Assembly (NCBI GenBank): GCA_963815115.1
Contig: CAWFFN010000009.1
Span: 1,728,001-1,792,000 of the forward strand
Reading direction: 5' to 3'
DNA length: 64,000 nucleotides
Origin: an uncultured delta proteobacterium
GTDB lineage: Bacteria > Desulfobacterota > Binatia > DP-6
This document shows, one piece after another, positions 59,614 through 64,000 of this stretch. Positions within the stretch are counted from its first letter, which is position 1. Each line of letters starts with the position of its first letter. The notes under the pieces were generated by a model. The model was given only the letters and a program-made list of their open reading frames with translations, was not told the origin of the DNA and ran no database searches. The translations under genes and the position numbers were made by a program.

Positions 59614-60076
59614 GTGCGAGTTTCCCAGCGCGAATACGCCCGCCGACGCGGGTGCTCCGTCCAGGCGGTGAACGCCCAGACGGCGGCCCACGGCGGCCCG
59701 ATCCCGACCTACGGGCCGGCGAAGCAGCTCGACCCGGCGGAGGCCGATCGGCTCTCGGCCGGCGGCGCCGGCCCCGGCCGGCGCGAGCAACGACCAGCTC
59801 CGGGCGGCGCGGGCGGCGGCGCTGGTCGTCGACGTGCAGACGAAGCGCCTGACGCTCGACCAGCGCCGGGGCGCGCTCATCTCGCGGGACCGGGCGCTCC
59901 TGAAGGCGTTCGCCTTCGCGCGCATGCTCCGCGACGCCTGGCTGGCGTGGCCGGCGCGGGTGGGGCCGGAGCTCGCCGCCGAGCTCGGCGTCGAGCCGAT
60001 GACGCTGGTGCTGGCGCTCGAGGACCGCGTGCGGACCCAGCTCGAGGAGCTCGCCAGCGAGCGCTGCGAGTTCTGA
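59614..60076 (+). pseudogene. Phage terminase small-subunit (Nu1-like) gene, frameshifted or internally deleted
   Basis: N-terminal HTH VSQREYARRRGCSVQAV and C-terminal GALISRD...FAFARMLRDAWLAWPARVGPELAAELG lie in different frames. Confidence 0.65.
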
Positions 60077-60097
60077 CGACCGTCGGCCGCGCGGAAC

Positions 60098-61195
60098 CTA
60101 CGACCGCGAGGACCGTGCGGTGGTCTTGGCGGCCAGACCCAGACGAAGATTTTTGCTGCGGCCCTTGAGCTCTCGCTCGAACTGACGCACGAACTTCCGC
60201 CTGATCGAGTCAAAGACGCCGCGTGGGTCACGCTTGGCCCTGTACTCAGCGAGCCACGCCCGAGAGCTCAACCACAGGTTGCCGGCGCGCACGGCACGGA
60301 GTCGACCCTTCAGCACGAGCTGTCGGAGGTAGGGCGCCCCGTATGGTCCTTTCGCGGCCAGCGCGTTCAGGGGCACGAGTTTGGCCTCGCCCGCCAGATT
60401 CGGGATCAGGAACTTCGTGAGGGTCTCGCTCACGGCGCGCGCGATCACCTCGGCGAGCGCCTGCGGACTCCCGGTGTCGGCGAGGCGCAACGCGCGCAGG
60501 TAGCGCTGGCGCTGCGCCGCCAGAATCACGGCAGGCGGGTAGCCGGCCTGCACCAGCATGAAGTTGAGCAGGAGGCGACCGACGCGGCCGTTGCCGTCGA
60601 CGAAGGGATGGATGCGCTCAAACCACGCGTGGTGCGCGGCCGCGTGGACGAGGGGATGTGTCTCCTTGGCCCGCGCGGCCGTGGAGTCGCTCCACGCCTG
60701 GAGATCGGCAGGAATCGTCGCCGGGATGGAGACGGGCACCGCGCCGACGCGGACCGGGCTGGTGCGCCAGGCCCCAGGCGCGTCGCGTGTGCGCGGCGGA
60801 TTCACCTCCCACGTAAGCGCGAGTGCGACAAGGTGCACCTGGGACACAACCGCAACCGGCACGCCTGCGTAGTCCGCCGCGTGTTGGTAGACCCAGTCCG
60901 CTGCGCGGGCGTAGCCCTGGACATCGAGACTCTCGGCGAGCGTGCCCGCCGCCAGTCCCTGGTCGATGAGCGCCTGTACCTGCGCGCGCGTCATCGTGTT
61001 CCCCTCGATCGCCGTCGAGTTGTGCACGTCGTCGATCCAGATAGCCCGGAGGATGTGGTCGGCTTCGACCGCGTGCGGGAGGCCGCCAAGATGGCGATGG
61101 AGGAGCGCCACCTCCTCATCGAGCCGTGCTAGGACCTCGTCGAGGGAGGGGCGCCCCGGTCCGCGCTTGTGGGTTTTCCTACTTTCGGTGGCCAT
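60098..61195 (-). CDS. Fic family AMPylase with C-terminal HTH
   Basis: Canonical [12 protein letters not shown]; N-terminal inhibitory STAIEGN; C-terminal [25 protein letters not shown]-like segment. Confidence 0.92.
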   Translation of the reverse strand: MATESRKTHKRGPGRPSLDEVLARLDEEVALLHRHLGGLPHAVEADHILRAIWIDDVHNSTAIEGNTMTRAQVQALIDQGLAAGTLAESLDVQGYARAADWVYQHAADYAGVPVAVVSQVHLVALALTWEVNPPRTRDAPGAWRTSPVRVGAVPVSIPATIPADLQAWSDSTAARAKETHPLVHAAAHHAWFERIHPFVDGNGRVGRLLLNFMLVQAGYPPAVILAAQRQRYLRALRLADTGSPQALAEVIARAVSETLTKFLIPNLAGEAKLVPLNALAAKGPYGAPYLRQLVLKGRLRAVRAGNLWLSSRAWLAEYRAKRDPRGVFDSIRRKFVRQFERELKGRSKNLRLGLAAKTTARSSRS

Positions 61196-61216
61196 GGAAT
61201 CGACAAAGTAGCAAAA

Positions 61217-61232
61217 ACCCAAGGCCTTGGGT
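61217..61232. promoter_or_regulatory. Perfect 16-bp palindrome upstream of the Fic gene
   Basis: ACCCAAGGCCTTGGGT, 22 nt upstream of the Fic ATG. Confidence 0.55.
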
Positions 61233-61244
61233 AATCAAGGATTT

Positions 61245-61322
61245 GGCAGGTGTCTCCGCGCCGGCCGGCGTGGGGACGTCGAGATGTACGACGACCGGCG
61301 GTTCTTCACGGTCACCGGGCGT
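61245..61322 (+). pseudogene. Fragment of a phage primase-polymerase (NrS-1-like) gene
   Basis: GDVEMYDDRRFFTVTG matches the E-x-Y-x3-RFFTVTG motif of phage/satellite prim-pol domains; it is cut by the IS30 remnant. Confidence 0.6.
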
Positions 61323-61687
61323 CACGTCCGAGCTCGCGGCACACCGTCGACGGGGCGCGTCCAAGCTGCCCGGCGATCTGCCGCACGCTCTGCCCTCCCG
61401 CCACGCCGCGCGAGATCTCCTCGCGCTCCGCCAAGGACAGCACCCGCGGACTGCGCCGGCGGGGGACCGGCGTGAAGCCGCCCGTGCCGGCGAGGACGCG
61501 CTGCACCACCGAGCGCCGGCGATCGATGGCGCGGGCGATCGCGTTCAACGCTTCGCCCTGGCGCCATCGTCGCCACAGCTCGGCCTGGTCCGCCGCGCTC
61601 AGGTGCCCCGCCATCTTCGTCGCCGCATCCGTCCCTCCCGCGCTCACGTGAGAGTCCATGATGTTGCGACGACCGGTTGGATGCACC
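61312..61687 (-). mobile_element. IS30-family remnant: left IR plus transposase N-terminus
   Basis: LWRRWRQGE...LSLAEREEISRG...SVRQIAGQLGRAPSTVCREL; terminal GGTGCATCCAACCGGTCGTCGCAACA (61662-61687) is an IS30-type end. Confidence 0.85.
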
Positions 61688-62024
61688 GACACTAGCGGCC
61701 TTCCGGGTCCAGGGCGACATAACTCTCCCGAACCCGGACCGTCGCCGGTTCTTCCCCTCCGATGGGACGGCCGAAGTTCCGGGGTGCGGATGAGCCCGGG
61801 ACGCAGCGGTCGTGTGCCGCCGGCGGCGACGCCGCCCCCCTCTGATTAGAGGGGTTCTCGGCGGGCGCTCCGGTAGGGTACACGGCTCCTCGAGATGCGA
61901 TCCCGTTCGGGATCGGCATCGTCGTCGTCGCCCCTTGAAGCCCCCATGTCCAGGGCTTGAGCGCGGACGTTGCGATCGCCGGGTCAGATCACGGGCTCTG
62001 ACAAACAAAGGGATGGAGCGAGTC

Positions 62025-64000
62025 ATGAGACGCACCGCCACCTTCGTTCTGGCCACCGCCCTCGACGCCGTGGGGATAGCCGGGATCGACGCGATGGGGC
62101 CCCGAGCGGCGAGTGCCATCGAGTATCTCTACTGGCACGAGGGAGGCGGCACGGCATCGACCGTGCATCGCGTCGAGGTCGACGGCACGGGTCGCACGTC
62201 GTTCCCGGTGGTCGCGGCGGTAGACGTCGCAGCCGGCTCCGACTACTTCGTCTACGGCCAGGATATCATGGGGGGAGACGCCATCGTCACGGATCTGGAC
62301 GGTGCCAATCCCATCGGCGTGGGGTTCGGTGATGGTATCCGTGGGGTCGCGACGAGCGCCAGCTACCTCTACGTACGAAACCGAGGCGGCTTGGTACAGT
62401 TGCAGCCCAACCCCTGGACCAGCGTCGCGTTCTGGAGCCAGGGGCCGTCCAGCTTCGCCGCCGACGACCAGTACGTGTACTACGCCCCTGACTCCGCACC
62501 GAACGTGATACACCGAGCGTCGCCCGACGGGAGCAACGACGTGCCGCTCGCGACCCTCGAGGAGGGGGTCCATGACATCGCGCTCGGCGGAGGCTGGGTC
62601 TACTGGATCGATGCGACGGACCGCCACATCGGCCGGGTGAAGACCGACGGATCCAGCCTGACCGAGAACATGATCGAGGTGAACGCGAACGCGCTCGCGG
62701 TCAGCGCCACCTACGTCTTCTGGGCGAACTACCTCGATACGACCATCGGGCGGTCGAACCTCGACGGGACCGGCGTGCAGAGCGATTTCGTCATGAACGC
62801 CGGAACAGACATCCGCCACATGGCCGCAGGGGGGACCGCCACCACCACGACCACGCTCCCGGTCACCGCCATCGACCACTTCCTGCTCTACGAGGTGAAG
62901 ACCAGCGAGGGCACGCCGAAGTTCGTCTCCTTCGCGCCGGTCACGCTCGCCGACCAGTTCCGCTCCGCCGGGTACCAGGTGGAGAAGCCGAAGTACCTCG
63001 GGCTACCGGCCAACAAGAATGCCGGGGGCGTCATGGATGACGTGACGCACCTGAAGGGTTACCAGGTGAAGCCGGTTCCCGGCACGCCAGACTTCGCCAC
63101 CCTGAGGGACGTCGAGATCGCGAATCAGTGCCATGCGCTGGCCCTCGAGGTGTCGAAGCCCGCGAACATCCTGGTGCCCACGCGGAAGAGCCTCGTCGCG
63201 TCGCCGCCGGCGCCGGACATCGCCGATCACCAGCTCGACCACTACCTCTGCTACAAGGCGAAGCCGCAGACCAAGCTCGCCGACGGCACGCCGCTCGCGA
63301 AGTTCCCGAAAGGAATCCAGGTGGACGTCGCTGACCAGTTCCAGACCCGGCGCTATGATCTCAAGAAGATCACGCGGCTCTGCACCCCGGTCAACAAGTC
63401 GGGCAGCCCGGTGATCGTGTCGGGCCCCAACACGGGTCAATCCTTCCCGATCACCCCGGCGCCGATCCGACATCCCGCCGATCATCTCGTCTGCTATCAG
63501 GCGAGGCGCGCGAAGAAGCTCATTCCTCAGACGGGGTGCGGCCCGGCGAACCCCGCCGCTCCCGGCACCAAGATCGTGCCGGCGCAGGCGAAGCACGTGC
63601 CACTCGACCCCGTCTTCGTGAACAACCAGTTCGGTCCCGAGGTGCTGCGCACGATCAAGGAGGCCGAGCTCTGCATCCCGTCGATACCCGGTTGCCGGAT
63701 CGGGGGGACCTTCTTCCCGGCCGGGGCCACGAACGGGCAATGCCAGGTTTGTCGTACGTCGGCGAGCACCACGAGCTGGACGAACCGCCCGGACGGCACG
63801 AGCTGCAACGACGGGAGCCTGTGCACGCAGACCGACACGTGCCAGGCGGGCATCTGCACGGGTGGGAACCCCGTCGTGTGTACGGCCCCGGACGATTGCC
63901 ACGACCCGACGTGCGATCCCGCAACGGGCGAGTGCAGCAACCCCGAGAAGCTCTACGGTACGCGGTGTTTCGTCGACGCGCCGTGCGTCGTGCAGGACAT
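62025..64000 (+). CDS. Large secreted protein with YWTD-like beta-propeller, Thr linker, DH(F/Y/L)xCY-repeat domain and Cys-rich repeats; 3'-partial, absent from the ORF track
   Basis: Manual translation from ATG 62025 gives MRRTATFVLATA..., VYWIDATDRHIGRVKTDG, VFWANYLDTTIGRSNLDGTG, TTTTTLP, DHFLLY/DHYLCY/DHLVCY and CNDGSLCTQTDTCQAGICTG, with no stop seen before the window end. Confidence 0.75.
   Translation, partial: MRRTATFVLATALDAVGIAGIDAMGPRAASAIEYLYWHEGGGTASTVHRVEVDGTGRTSFPVVAAVDVAAGSDYFVYGQDIMGGDAIVTDLDGANPIGVGFGDGIRGVATSASYLYVRNRGGLVQLQPNPWTSVAFWSQGPSSFAADDQYVYYAPDSAPNVIHRASPDGSNDVPLATLEEGVHDIALGGGWVYWIDATDRHIGRVKTDGSSLTENMIEVNANALAVSATYVFWANYLDTTIGRSNLDGTGVQSDFVMNAGTDIRHMAAGGTATTTTTLPVTAIDHFLLYEVKTSEGTPKFVSFAPVTLADQFRSAGYQVEKPKYLGLPANKNAGGVMDDVTHLKGYQVKPVPGTPDFATLRDVEIANQCHALALEVSKPANILVPTRKSLVASPPAPDIADHQLDHYLCYKAKPQTKLADGTPLAKFPKGIQVDVADQFQTRRYDLKKITRLCTPVNKSGSPVIVSGPNTGQSFPITPAPIRHPADHLVCYQARRAKKLIPQTGCGPANPAAPGTKIVPAQAKHVPLDPVFVNNQFGPEVLRTIKEAELCIPSIPGCRIGGTFFPAGATNGQCQVCRTSASTTSWTNRPDGTSCNDGSLCTQTDTCQAGICTGGNPVVCTAPDDCHDPTCDPATGECSNPEKLYGTRCFVDAPCVVQD

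Noticed and set aside
55633-61990. Intact prophage, integron or tRNA-anchored integrative element
   Set aside because: No integrase, capsid, portal, large terminase or tRNA is recognisable; only fragments remain.
63003-63940. Minus-strand ORFs at the window end
   Set aside because: They are antisense to the long open plus-strand frame starting at 62025, which carries the recognisable motifs.

Overview
High-GC bacterial DNA with very dense genes. The mix of CoA-transferase, amidohydrolase and LLM genes with many secreted Cys-rich proteins carrying Thr-rich linkers suggests Candidatus Binatia/Binatota (inference, not tested). Positions 1-55.6 kb are mostly metabolic and secreted-protein genes. 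They include a transhydrogenase with a free PntAA and a fused PntAB-PntB chain joined by one extra membrane helix, and a selenocysteine formate dehydrogenase (in-frame UGA plus SECIS) with an NrfD-type anchor. Also present are a bilobed pepsin/BACE-like secreted aspartic protease, an orphan DltD homologue, a coupled vapB-vapC-AhpD-like-cyclase unit, a cobalt-type nitrile hydratase, and several sigma54 -24/-12 promoter motifs. Positions 55.6-61.9 kb are a mosaic of mobile-element remnants: an IS4 end, integron-type cassettes with a 60-bp attC and a reversed toxin-antitoxin cassette, a lambda-like cos site with a broken small terminase gene, a Fic gene, a primase fragment and an IS30 end. A large secreted beta-propeller/Cys-repeat ORF starts at 62025 and runs off the window. 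Several otherwise intact genes carry single-base frameshifts, most likely long-read assembly indels. I saw no rRNA, tRNA or CRISPR array. All family calls come from motif recognition by eye, not database searches.
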